This document shows positions 25,136-37,865 of a DNA stretch of 64,000 nucleotides, piece by piece. Position numbers and translations under genes: made by a program. Where the stretch lies: assembly GCF_018977255.1 (NCBI RefSeq), contig NW_024704742.1, positions 105,154,001-105,218,000 of the forward strand, in the 5' to 3' direction. The notes beneath the pieces are model-generated. The model was not told where the DNA came from, searched no databases, and worked only from the letters and a program-made list of their open reading frames with translations. The stretch's first letter is position 1. Each line of letters starts with the position of its first letter. The DNA is from Callorhinchus milii. Taxonomy: Eukaryota.

Positions 25136-28100
25136 AAGCTGTGACCCGAACCTCCCAATGATTTATTCGTGGTGGCAAGCAACTGCCAATAAAAACTATG
25201 TCTTCAGCCCTCTGTTGGCCGGGAACAGGATAGGAAGGGTTCTGATCTGGGGAGTTGATTTGCCCTCACAAGGAGGAGTGGAGACACTGGGATACAGATC
25301 TACCTTGGGTCCTTGACAACTGGCTCAGAATGGGCTTGCCTGGGATGCAAAGGCAATCTGGCCACTTGATGTGCTCAAGTGGTCGGGATGCAAGGAATTG
25401 GGTGCATGCTGTTTTGACAATTAGGGCCCAGATTTGCATGGGGATCCAGCCTGCCCAGGGAGCAACCTAAATCCAGTTTGTGGAATGTGATTCGGTTTAA
25501 TTTGGCTTAGTGGGGGTGAATGGGGAAACCTTGCTCAACAAAAAGAAAAGAACTTTAACAGCACAGAAATTTACAGGGAATGCTCATTAATTTAAAACTG
25601 CAGGAGGGTAAACAAGTCTGAGAACTAAAATAGTTGTCATCGCAGACACAATAGCATAGACTGTGCTGTGGGCATTCTATGATTCGGAATCCTAAATGGA
25701 CATTACAAAGTCTCCACAGCTGATTTACACCATTTGTTCAAGTGCATTTAGGAGTCACGTTCTACAGAAAACTCACTTATAATGTAAGCACATTTGAATA
25801 TAGATAACAGCCCACAATGTTAACACTCTCGCACTGAGACAAATAGATCGTTACGCCTTATTTAGGAACAATAATTTTTGAACTGAACTTAAGTTACAAT
25901 TTAGGGCTCACTTGAACAACATGAAGATTTCTATTGGCTGGACTACAGTAACCACAGCTGGCTCTGGCAGACCTCCACAGAATGGAGGGTGTGCATTTCC
26001 CATGAGCAAAGTCACGAGCCTTTGGGAGTAAAAAAAACATTTTGAGCAGATAGATGTAACCAGACAAAGTATAACTTCCTCCTAATTTACTTCTAAAAGC
26101 GGGAAATTGCACGATGAAAATTTGCAGGCGAAAACTAATGTGTAATCCCATTATAATGCTGTGTTTGGGATCCATAAAATCCCACATTATTCTAGTGAGA
26201 CCGATAGCAGGTTTTACTGTGCATGTACGCAACCGGGCGGCATGCAGGGAGCTCAATGGCTGCTTTCCACGTTAGATCGGGCACATGATTGGGAGCTGAA
26301 TGACCCAAGTCTGTCAGCGCTCCCAAGGGTTTCCTGCTTACGGCTGTTTTAGTCCAGCTCAAGCACCGCTTGGCATTAAATTCCTGACCCAATTTATGCT
26401 ACCCCACCATGAAACTATCGTGTGTGCACAGCAGACTGATGTAAATCTGAGGCCTGAATTTCCACACTGTGGCACCCAGTAAGACTATTCTGTCTTAAAA
26501 TGTAAGATTGCTGAAAATGTGCGAAATCTATCTTAGTATGATTAAAAAAAACTTCACTCAATCCACGACTGTTTGTGGGACACTGCTGAGTGCAATTGGC
26601 TGCTGTGTTTCAACCACAAAATATACAGTCAATTCACTTTACAGTATATTCTGTGAAGCGCTTTGGGACATCTTGAAGACGTGACAAAACACTATATCAA
26701 ATGCAAGGATTATTATTATCTATTCAAAGCTTTATAGACGGGCAGGTTGTCCACAATCCCGGCCACAACTGCCAAACTCCAATGAAAGTTGGCGGGTCAC
26801 CACTTAAATGGCTGATTTCCAGATCATTAAGTCACAAATCATGTCACTTACTACTATTCAGTGAAGTCACCACCTTTCAATCTTTTGGAATCTCTCCTTA
26901 ATTAAGTAAACTTGCAAAACATATGGTTAAAATTTAGGATGTGGATTGCCCTTCAGGATGCATTGGTCAAGGCAGAATATCCTTTAACTTTCACAAGGGA
27001 ATTAGAGAGATAGCTAAAGAGGAATAACCTGACAAATGTGGAAAACCTGACACAAGAGTTGGGTCCACAGTATTCCAGGGCACTGCTGATGACAGCACAG
27101 CCAGCCTGGCTCATTGGCAGGACCTGGAAGGGCAGACCAGTCACTGGGGGCAGGGAATTATACCACTCAGCTCCTGCAAGCCAAAGCCCAAACAGGTTAA
27201 GCAGTTCCAGCTGAACAAGCAGCTGGAAAGCTTGACAGATGGCAAAAATCAGTGGCAATTTATGAGGTTTTCGATGGTTAGACTCCATCAATATCCCAAT
27301 GCACACTCTGAGGTCCCCAAGCCTCGACTTTTGCCAACCTGCGCTTTCTGGAATTAGGTAAGCGCGATGTGCCCCTCCAGGGAGAGAGTACGCATTCCAT
27401 TCCAACAATCTATCTGGGATTTCCACATGTAGATGGGATGCATGGAAATCTCTGTTTGGTTTGGATACTCTTAAGCATGGTGATCGGTTTCCCTCAGACA
27501 TCTGGCTGACCAAAGAAAAACCTGCAGGGCTGTTGGGAAAAGGCAAATAAATTGGACAAAATGGATTGCTCATTCAAAAAGCTAGCAGACAATCGGCCAA
27601 AATGGGCTTCTTCTGTGCTGTAAACATATTATTCCTAATTATTATCCGATTTCAGGTAATTGCACTCTAGCTGGTATTGTTGGTACTATCCTGGAAGCAT
27701 TTTCTTCAAAACTTAAGATGGACTCGGACAAAAATATATTCATGCAACCATCTTTCTGCAAAAACTTACTCAATGACCTTTTATTTGCTACAAACAGCAG
27801 CAGATACTTGTACTTTGCAAACTGGAATGATGTTATCCATTATTCAACCTTAACCATCAGATTGATTTGCCCTCATGCACAGCTTGCCATACATAGGCTT
27901 CTTTACTGAGGAATGACACGCTTGCATGCAGTCTTAAAGTTCTTCATTTTAAGATACTCAAACCTGTTAAACACTTAATTGAGAAACACAAATTATATTC
28001 CTCTACTGTGTATGAATGTCTTTTTTTGCAGGATTCAAAATTTGCATGATTCCATTTTACAAAAAAATTAAGACTTTCCCCCAAAGCCACACGGCCCAAA

Positions 28101-28142
28101 AGTGCCCTTTATAAATGGTGAATCATCTAAAATATTTCTTAC

Positions 28143-28326
28143 AGTGCAAGAATCATTTCCTCCTGCATCTTCTGTAGGGAGTCGAGCAAGAGAGGAAGAG
28201 CTTTATCATAATACTGTTCCTGGTGCAGCTGGGCTCCCTTAACTGCTAACACATACTGGTTGTGCAGATTATGGAGTTTCATGGTGGCCTTGTCAAATCT
28301 TTCTTTAGCTTTTTCAGTCTCCTTTC
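28143..28326 (-). CDS. FER: FER coding exon 4 (184 nt)
   Basis: (G)[60 protein letters not shown](L); CAG acceptor, CT|GTAAGA donor. Confidence 0.97.
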
Positions 28327-29615
28327 CTGCAAGAGAATGGAAAATGGCATTACAAACTCAAACTACAATGAGAGTTATCATCCCACTGTTCGTTCTTAAG
28401 AACATCCTCAAATTCTTGTTTTAGAAATACAATCATACTGGAACAAGAAAGAGCTCTACACTCTGTTAAAAACTGTAATTGTTCCAAACTAATTTTAGCT
28501 TCAGTTGATGTTACTGAAATCATAACTAACATATTCTGAAGAAACTAAGCAAGATGCAGTCTTTCCTGCAGTACAGACATTTTAATAATAATCCTTGCAT
28601 TTGAAATAACGCGTTATCATGCTGTCAAGATATTTCAAAATGCTTCACAGGATATACTGTAAAATGTGGGTGAAACGCAGCAGGGGTTACACAAAACAAT
28701 GTCCCACAACAACAACAAATTACATTTGTATAGCGCCTTTCACAGTGGGACAATATTCCACAGAATGAGTGACAGCCATGGAATGAGCAACCAATTTTAT
28801 TTGGGGGATTGTTGGCCAGGGAAAAATAGTATTTCTTCCTTCAGAATTAATCTAAATACAAGTGGACAGACATTCTGGAATCCTCAAATATGTCAAAAAT
28901 AAAAAAAGCTTGATGTGCATTTCACTGGAAACACCATCTCATGGTATCTCACCATCTCATTTCACGTTCAAAAGATCTCTATGTCTGATGGAAAGATATT
29001 GGAATAGGGGGAAGAAAGAAAGCCTTTACAAAAATTAAAAATGTCCTGAAAAGAGCGAGGATGTCAGTGGTGTCTAAAAGAATACTTTACTTTTATGATT
29101 CACTGTTAACTTTGAGCGCTCCAAACTCAGCGATAGAGTGGAGCACACAAAGAGCATAAGCTGCCTCCACTTTGCTCCAACCTCAAACAAATCTTTTACC
29201 ATGGTGGGAATTTTCCATTTCCAGCAACTATCTTGCAATTTAAGTGAGACTAAATATTTTACTCAACAACAACTTGTGTTTATACAGCACTCTTCACTCG
29301 GGGTAGCAAACTACGAGCAGTTTGTGCTGTATTTAACTCTATATCAAAGAGGTAAAATGAAACTTTGCTGACAATCAATGCCACAGAAACACCTCTTCCT
29401 GGAACAATTTAAGTAACTGAAGCGACTTATTGACCAATTTCCCTGAAACATGTTTATGTGATAAATTATGAATGTGGATAATATTCTGGTTAAGTTCAGA
29501 AAAGAAAAATCCCCAAACTAATGCGGATTTGGTCAATGGATGGTCTGAATGGAAATATACATTTTAAAAAAATGCAAAATGTAAACTACTGGACACTGAA
29601 CTAAGTAATGGTTAA

Positions 29616-29770
29616 TCTATACTAATAAAACGACAATGTCTGTCTGTCTCCGCTTCAAGAAGAATCTCAATAACCGATTGACGTAGAGACATGATTTATA
29701 CCTCAGCGGAAAGGTCTTGCATCTGGAATTGATATGGGCATAGTCCTTTTGGGCACCTCTTATCATTCAT
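29616..29770 (+). mobile_element. Probable non-autonomous Helitron 5' end
   Basis: A|TCTATACTAATAAAA followed by a (TGTC)n microsatellite; no clear CTAG 3' end found. Confidence 0.4.
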
Positions 29771-32511
29771 GAGTTATGACCTAAAATGTATTTCAGTTTT
29801 GCATTTTTCCCTGCAGTTACACCTGGTGGCTGCCAAGTCAAAGTGACGCCATGGCATCGTGCAGTTACACCTGGTGGCCGCATTGGCTGACCGTGGCGCT
29901 GTGGCATTGTGCGTCACAAAGCACGCACATAGCCAGGCCGCGACAAGATCAAAATAAAGAACACAGACAAAGCTAAGCAGTGACAACAACAAAATTACAT
30001 TTTTAAAGCGCCTTTCAGGGGAGGACATCCCAGTGATTATAAATTACATTTATATTCATCATTATAAAGATGCCTAAGCCAAAATCAAACCTGTCCAGGA
30101 TAACTAAGTGTGTCTGTCTGTGTGCCAATCTACATTCCACGTTGGATCCTTTGGTTGCAAGTGAAGCGGTCACTTATAAATTTTAAATGAACAAAGACCT
30201 CAATTTAGAAAAGTTGGAAATCTGCACATTAACAGAACCAGAACACATTGAAACTGTTGTGCTCAACAACTAAGACTTAAATTTTATTTGATGTGAACTA
30301 TGCAACAAGCACAAGAACATATCAATAAATTGTCACTCACTAAATAACACAACCAAAAGTCATTGGAGAGTTAGTTTTTGAAGCTATTTTGACAAAATCA
30401 TTTCATCGTTTCAAAAGATGTACCAAACTGTAAACTGAAGTGTAAACTGAAAATAAATGCTATAGAGGTTGATGTCAGGACAAACTCAGTATTACTACTT
30501 TTAATTCCAACAGTTTTAGACAACATAAAACATCAGTAAATTATACAACAAATGATGCTGTTGAAAAACATTTCTGGCACACTGCCCCTGCTTGACTAGC
30601 TATGATCACCATATCCCTTAGGGTTTCGGTTTACAAGGTTACCAGGAGCTCAGTGGGAAGAATCTTTTCCCCCAGTGACCGACTGGTCTGCTCCTCCATT
30701 CCTGCCAATAAACTTGGCCTCTCATCAGCAGTGCCCTGGAGTACTGCGGACACATCTGGCTCAGGAATCAGACAACTGAAACTGCCACAGAGGACAGAGT
30801 CAATTCCAACATTCTGTTGCGAAACACATCAACTTGTCCCCAAATCAGCTCAACCCCACGTGTCTCTTCCTCAAAGTGAATATCAGAATTGTCCCTTTTT
30901 ACTTCAGAATATTCTTACCAAATCCTGATCTTCTGACCAAAACACAGGTTAGGATTAAACGCTACCAAGCATTACAGCCCATAATTCTGTTAACTTAACT
31001 GCTTCAATTGCACAAGGTGAAGAACTGTACAATGCCCAGCTCCTGGTTCTAATCGTTAAAGACCTAAAGTAATTGTTTCCATCATCTTCAAAAAAATCAC
31101 TTTCCACTTTCTACACTAAACACTTTTCAAAAAATTTTTCCAATTCCCACCCTTTACGTGGGTTAGCACTGCAAGATGCTATCCAGTATGAAAGGCCTAT
31201 ATAAATGCAAGTAGTTGTTGTGAACAACAAATATTTGAACATTACACTTATTACATTGGAAGTGGAAGGCGCACTGAGTCAGTCAGGAGGTGAAGTTCCC
31301 AGCTGGTTTTAAAGTTCGATTCCACTTCGTATGGGGATTTAAGATCAAGAAGGCCACCTTTCTCATCACTTCCTACCCGGCGCCTAAAACACAACCGCAC
31401 TATAAGGGGCAGACAGTGAAGATAACCTCCTTGATGTCAATCACTTCCTACACATATGCACTACACCGGAAGTGACGTCAAGGGAGGAGATATTGACAAT
31501 GTGCCTCCCCCACTCTTACAATTTTAAAACAACTGGGTGCTACATCTACGACATAGACTGCGTGCCCTCCACTTCCCAGAGACACAACAGCTCAAGTATC
31601 ATAATCAACTATTACCAGTACCAATACATAGAATAGCCCAAGGTCAGGGGCAAGAACAAGCAAGTGAATGGAGAGAAACAGAAAAACACATGCGAGTCAG
31701 TGTGACCGTAGGCTAAGAGACTGAGCCGAGACTGAAAAGAGAGCGAGCATTGTACTTAAGATACAGCGAAAAAACAGAGACAGGCACAGAATAAGTGGCT
31801 AAATATCAAAGAGGAAACAACAAACCTGTGAGGGTAAAAACAGATGGGAAACAAATCAGTATCAGACACAATTTGCAAAACACAGAGAAAGCAAAAGTCT
31901 CAGAAAGAGAGAGACAGACTCACATAAACATGTCTCACAAACTGAGAATAAAGCCAAAGGAAGACAGGATAGGGAGAGAGAGAGAAACAAAACAGGTGAA
32001 TGAGATGAAGACAGAAAGTCGCACAGATACAAACAAAAGACAGACTTATTCACAACGTATAGTCAAGGTCACTACAACAACTCTACCGATCTTCATTCCC
32101 AGGTAAGCCCTCCTCAATACTGGAATGGGCCACTTAAAAAATCATGCAGGATTTATATTTTAGGCAGAAAATCACAACAGAAAGCACTGGAAAGATCCAT
32201 TGTGAAGTAAAGTTCTTTGTTCACAAATATATCAATATGTTCAAAGCACAGGATCGTAAGAATACAGAAACAAGTCATTGTAACTTGAACTTTAAATTTG
32301 TCAATGATCATTCTTGCTTTCCAATATTTATGAAATACACAAAATATAAATGGAAACAAGATCAAATTTATGAGATATATTGTTATATTATCAGTATTTT
32401 TTTTACTGATTGGCATATCATTCTCCAGTCTTTGTTCAACAGGATCTTAAAATGCCAAGATAGCAATTTAAATTCTGCAATATTTATGTTTGAAATGTTT
32501 TTAAAAATTAC

Positions 32512-32611
32512 CTTTTGAAAGGGCCTCTTTATATTTCTCTTTTGCACAGTTAGCTTCTTTGGCTAACTGTCTGTATGAAGACTTCAGTTTTTCAAGTTCA
32601 GTCTTGGTTAC
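32512..32611 (-). CDS. FER: FER coding exon 3 (100 nt)
   Basis: [33 protein letters not shown](G); TAG acceptor, G|GTAATT donor. Read by hand; not in the ORF track. Confidence 0.96.
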
Positions 32612-33156
32612 CTAGATAAACAACAAATGTTGCAATGAAAAGTTAGCTTCTGCATGTTTTCATTGAATTATTTGACTTCAATTTGTTTTTATATAACAGT
32701 TTGGAAATAGCAAGAGCTGAAAAAAGTGAAGATATTAAATTTTACACAAGGTACATTAAAATGCAATGAGTACTTCCTACTTAACTCAACAATATAACTG
32801 ACCCAAATCAGAAAACATTCTATTTCAACGGAGAAGGTTTCCTATGCTATGTTGATCCATGACTGTTTGTGGAACACTGCTGTGCGCATGTTTCACTCAT
32901 GAAACATACGGTCAATTCTGTGAAGTGCTTTAAAGATGTGACATTGCACTCTATGAAATGCAAGGACTATTATTAAATATATTCCTATTACCGACCATTG
33001 GTGCCAGTCATCACATTTGACGGTACTGTGGATTCTTAACACAATTCTAGAAAATACTGTTTATTTTGCAGAGGACGAATAAAAGTTAAATATATCAGAA
33101 AGAAATTTATTTCCTCATTTTTTGGTTCCTTTTGTCACCTCTTCTGCTGAAGAAGG

Positions 33157-33385
33157 CACGTAATGCTGGAGAGTGGTTTCACACCCATCTCTCCAGTGGT
33201 TCTTGTTAGGAAATGCAGTGGAATCAGATTCAACCACAATTAAATATTTCAAGAGATTCCTTTTTAGTCCATAAGAAAAGTTATTTAAGGAGTTCTTCCT
33301 TAAATAAAGAAAATCAAGATTATAATCCCTCTTCAGGTGGACAAACAGATATTAGAAGCCATTATGCATCCAGAGCTCTGCCCGT
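33157..33385 (+). mobile_element. Highly decayed Gypsy-type pol remnant
   Basis: VMLESGFTPISPVVLVRKCSGIRF, then after a frameshift QLNISRDSF and HYASRAL (RT start and RNase H-like motifs). Confidence 0.4.
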
Positions 33386-33874
33386 AATGTATTACTTCCT
33401 TTACATTTTCATCAGAAGTGTCTGGAATCCAGAGTTTGTTTGAACAGACAGTTCCATCCATCTTTGTAGATTTCAAAAAAGATGAGGAGGAATGACACCA
33501 ACTGTTCCAATCCATGCAACTTGTTGCTGAATTGTTGGCTGGTTAATTGCTAATGTCTGTGCAAAACCATCCTAACACTGGATAAACAATGGAAATATTC
33601 CAAGATGTAAGCCAAGACCCAACTCAACTGTGCTGTTGAAAATGTAATTTGTGATGTGAATTAAGTTCTTGATGTTTAGAGGATGTCCAGTATCCACTTT
33701 GCAGGTGACTTGCCAACTACCTTTGTTCAATTGTAATACTTACTTTGTCATGTAAATCTCTTCTGGACTTTTTTTTCCCCCAAAAACGTGAGGCCTTCCT
33801 TTCTCCACAATGCAAATATGATCCTGTAAAGGTTCTTTCCAGCCACAGTGCTCCCTCAAAGCAATCAACCAACA

Positions 33875-34740
33875 AGAACAACTTGCATTTATATAGCACC
33901 CCTCACACAGGATAATGTCCCATAGCACTTGACAGTGGTGGAGCACTACTCTGAGCCGGGGGGAGGGGGAGGTGACCGTAGGCACAGTTGAATAGTAAGG
34001 TCTTCAGACAACCTGAAAATGGGGATGGAAGGGGCCAGGCGGAGGGATAGAAGAAGTCTTCCAGAGTTTTGGGGCGTAGTGGCTGAAAGCCGGGCCACCA
34101 CTGATGGAACGGAGGGCATGGGGGACATGCAAGAGACCGGAGCCAGTCGAATGGAAGCTGTGGGTTGGGGGGTAAGCAGGTCAAAGAGGGAAGCGCCAGG
34201 GCATGAAGGGATTTGAAAACGAGTTTGAGGATCTTCAAATCACCCCGTTCGGTGATGGAGAGCCAGTGGAGCTTCCAGAAACGGTGTGAAGGGGATACGG
34301 AGTTCAGTACAGGTGAGTATGTGGGCAGCGGAGTTTTGGATCAGTTGGATCATGTGTATGGTGGAGCTGGAGAGACCTGTGAAGAGGGCATTTGAGAAGT
34401 CCAGTCAGGAGATGACGAACACATGGACGACTGTTCCGAATGCGTCCGGGGGTAAGGTACGGTCGGAGGAGGGCAATGTGGCGGAGGAAGGTAGTCGTGG
34501 TCAGGGACCCGATGTGGGGAAGGAAGGACAGCTGTAGATCGAACCTGATGCCTAAGTTGCGCACTGGTTCGGTACGTCTGAGGGATAGGTCGGGGAGGTT
34601 GAGAAGGTCCAAGCTGCAGTATAGAAGACGTTGACAGGAGCCAATGAGTATGGTTTCCATCTTGTCAACATTGAGTTGTAGAAAATTCTCGCTCATCCAG
34701 GCCCTGATGTCCGCCAGACAAGCTGTGAGAACATCGGCGG
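33875..34740 (-). mobile_element. L2 LINE remnant
   Basis: MSENFLQLNVDKMET...RNLGIRFD in frameshifted ORFs; L2 tail at ~33880. Confidence 0.88.
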
Positions 34741-37239
34741 ACCTGGAGTTGCAGCCGGATCAACTAAACATTAAAGATATGATGGTGGGGAGGGGTAGAG
34801 AGGTGGCCCAAGAGACAGCAAAAAAGACAACGAGATGAGGTCATCCTAGGTGTATGGCTATAAAATTGGTATTAACTGTTTATTTATGCCAGTATCCATA
34901 GACATGTGCGTCCAAAAAGCAATTCCAAAATACAATATGGTGAAGCCCTGTTTCTTCAAACTCTTTTGCAGCCAGTGTTGATGGTTTGGATTCCAGATAA
35001 GGAATGTTTCAATAACTCCAATGCTGGAGGGATGAACTATGCGCAATGATTAGACAAGGTAGGGGGTTTCTATTTTGAGCGGAGACGAATTAAAGGGGAC
35101 CTCTTAAAGGTGCATAAAATTTAAAGGAGATTTGAAATCCAGATCCATACTTGAGGTTGCATCAACAAGACAACATAGGCTCCGAGTTATAAAGAGCAAT
35201 TTTAGGTCAGATATCATTAAGTTTATCGCTACACAAAGGGCAATCAACAACTGGAACAGGGTGCCAGTGAATATGGTAGAGGTTAGGACATTGGACATTT
35301 AAAAAGCAGCTCAGCAGCTTGATGCAGCAATGTGGGGGAGGGGGGGGGGTGTTCTGGAGGGATGAGATTGGATGGGCCAACGGACCTTCTTCATCCAGAC
35401 CAATCTTGGGATCTTTAAAGTGGCCCTTGAAAGTCTATGTATACACTTCATGTATCAAAAATAGCTTCCTCAAAAAGAGGTCGTTTTCAAGATGACAGCT
35501 TGCAATATTTTCATGTCAGAATTGTATTTCAAACACTTTTCAACCTTGTTGCTTGATTAAGGAATGGAATCAATTTAGGATTACTAAATATTGATCCCAT
35601 ATATGTATTCTATGGCATGGTGGCAAATACCAAACTGTACTTTAATTGTCACCTATCATAACTTCCAAAGACATATGTTTTGATATCCTATCATTCCATT
35701 TTTAGAATATATTCACTGCATTCTTTGAACATTAAAAGTACAACAGTAGATGTATCATTACTCCCAGGTCCCTTGCCAAGGCTCCCTTTCCTAACTTGAT
35801 TAAATTCATTATATACTTTTTTAATCTATGTGTAAAGCATCAATTTTAAATTAAATTTTTCAAATGACTGCCCAATTGGATTGCTGCCAACCGCATAAAT
35901 TACAGTACTGAAACTTGCTTTCCACAGTGGCCTATAAATCTTTGGAATTGTTCTGTACATCACCTCTCAACAGTTGTGATGGTTTACTTATACACACCCA
36001 GTTAATCAGACCTATAATTTGTGCAAGGTGGGTTAAGTTTATGTTTGGACAGTAGAGATCTGGCTTCGCCAACCCACATCCTTTCTGACTAATTAGGAAA
36101 GAGCTGCTGGACAAAGATACAGGTTCCAGATCGCTGACACTACAATTTTTTATATAAAAGACAACTTTTTAAAAAAATGCCCACACTGTAAATGTTTATT
36201 ATGAAGTAATTTTTTTTAGTTGATTTGGGTTCCACACCACTTAATCAAATATAGGTAACCGTGGTTTAGAGGTTGATAAGTTGTAATGACAAAACATGGT
36301 TAATAACTGACATTGACATTTTAATTCAATTTGTATCGCGCCTTTCACATCGGCAAGATGTGTCAAAGCGCTTCACAGAATTGGCTGGGAGCTGAATTCC
36401 AGGGAGGGTTGTTGATGAAATTGCTGTTGATAAGATTGGTTTTAATTTGGATTTTAAATTGTGCGGTGGGGGGGGAGGAAAGAGGTGGAGGGACTCCATC
36501 CAGGATGGAATTCCAAAGAGCAGGAGAAGAATGGCTAAAAGCTCACCCAGTTCAGTTCGAGGACAATAAGCAAATTTCCTGTAATTGAATATGGACACGA
36601 TGGGAGCATCTCTCTCAGCTATTGCCAATGTCTCCTCAATTCTTATCCAAAACACCGCCACCTGCATCCTCTCCTGCACCAACTTCCATGTGTCCATCAC
36701 CCCAGTCCTCATCAGAAGCCACTGTTTCTCTGCCTCTCATGGGATCAAATTCAAGGTCCTAACCTTTAAATCCCTTCATGCCCTAAACACCTCCAATTTC
36801 TCTGATCTCATCCCCTGCAACCTTTACCCTCCCAAGCTTTAAGCAACACTTCTCTACAGCCACTAGTTTGACAGCAAGAAGTGACAGCCTAAGAATCACT
36901 ATCCCGCAAAGAAATCAAATCTTTCTGCAGTAGAGTGCTGAAGCTGCATCTCACCTGTAATAATAATTCTTGCATTTGATATAGCACCTTATCACATTGT
37001 TGAAATGTCTCAAAGCCCTTCAGAATATACTGTAAAGTGAATTGACTGTACATTTTGTGGGTGAAATGCAGAGGCCAATTGCGCACAGCAGTGTCCCACA
37101 AACAGTCGTAAATTGAATGACTAAATTATTTAGTAATGTCACGTATTAATTACTATATTTATAATAATTATTAATCATCATTATTAATGGTGTGTGAATG
37201 CATTCCAAAATGGCATCTTCAATCTGAGCTATGAAATAC

Positions 37240-37413
37240 CTTGCACATTTCAGCCTCCAGTTGTTGCTGGATACTGTGATAGCTTTTCTTCAGTTGTTGC
37301 TTATCTTTGATCATCATGGTCAGTCTGTATAAAGGTCCCACATTTAGGTCTTCAGCATGTGTCCTCATTATCCTGCTCAACTGTTCTGTCTGTTGCAGCA
37401 TGCATGCCCAGGA
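37240..37413 (-). CDS. FER: FER coding exon 2 (174 nt)
   Basis: [61 protein letters not shown] acceptor, AAG|GTATTT donor, phase 0/0. Confidence 0.97.
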
Positions 37414-37655
37414 CTGGAGGCAAGAAGAGACAAAACAGTCCCAAAAGATCAGAAATAATCTTTCAGTGTTCATCCAAATATTTAGTTTATCAAATCAAAG
37501 GTTCTTAGTTAACATTTTCATAATTTGCTAACAGTACCATTGGAATTTCTATTTAACTGATACATTAATAAAAACATTATCTCAAAAATTTAAGAGAATA
37601 TATATTTTGATAACTGGCTATTTTTAACATTACACTCAGAAAAGGCTGTATTTAC

Positions 37656-37865
37656 CTTGGGGACATTGGTAATACAATCCACTGGTGAGGAGGTATCATG
37701 CTTCTCCACTTGCTGATAAATGTTCTGCAGCAAAGATGCATATTCTTTGTCACTTTTAACTCGTAGGACCATAAACTTCTTTAATGTCTCCAGAAGTTTA
37801 AGCTCAGATTCTTGCAGTTTTAGCAAAGCCTCGTGGGAATTCGGAAGATCACTTCCAAACCCCAT
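37656..37865 (-). CDS. FER: FER tyrosine kinase, first coding exon (FCH/F-BAR N-terminus); whole exon 37938-37656 including 73 nt of 5'UTR
   Basis: Translates to [70 protein letters not shown], matching the vertebrate FER N-terminus (MGFGSDLKNSHEAVLKLQ...). Strong Kozak CAACATGG; acceptor tttacttttcAG before 37938; donor AAG|GTAAAT. Confidence 0.97.

Noticed and set aside
27082..27125. Hammerhead ribozyme from CTGATGA in the inverted repeat copies (also CTGAAGA at 33147)
   Set aside because: No correctly placed GAAA or helix III.
26953..27573. 206-aa minus-strand ORF as a nested gene
   Set aside because: No recognisable domain, and it overlaps a dispersed repeat also present at ~30700; probably a chance ORF.
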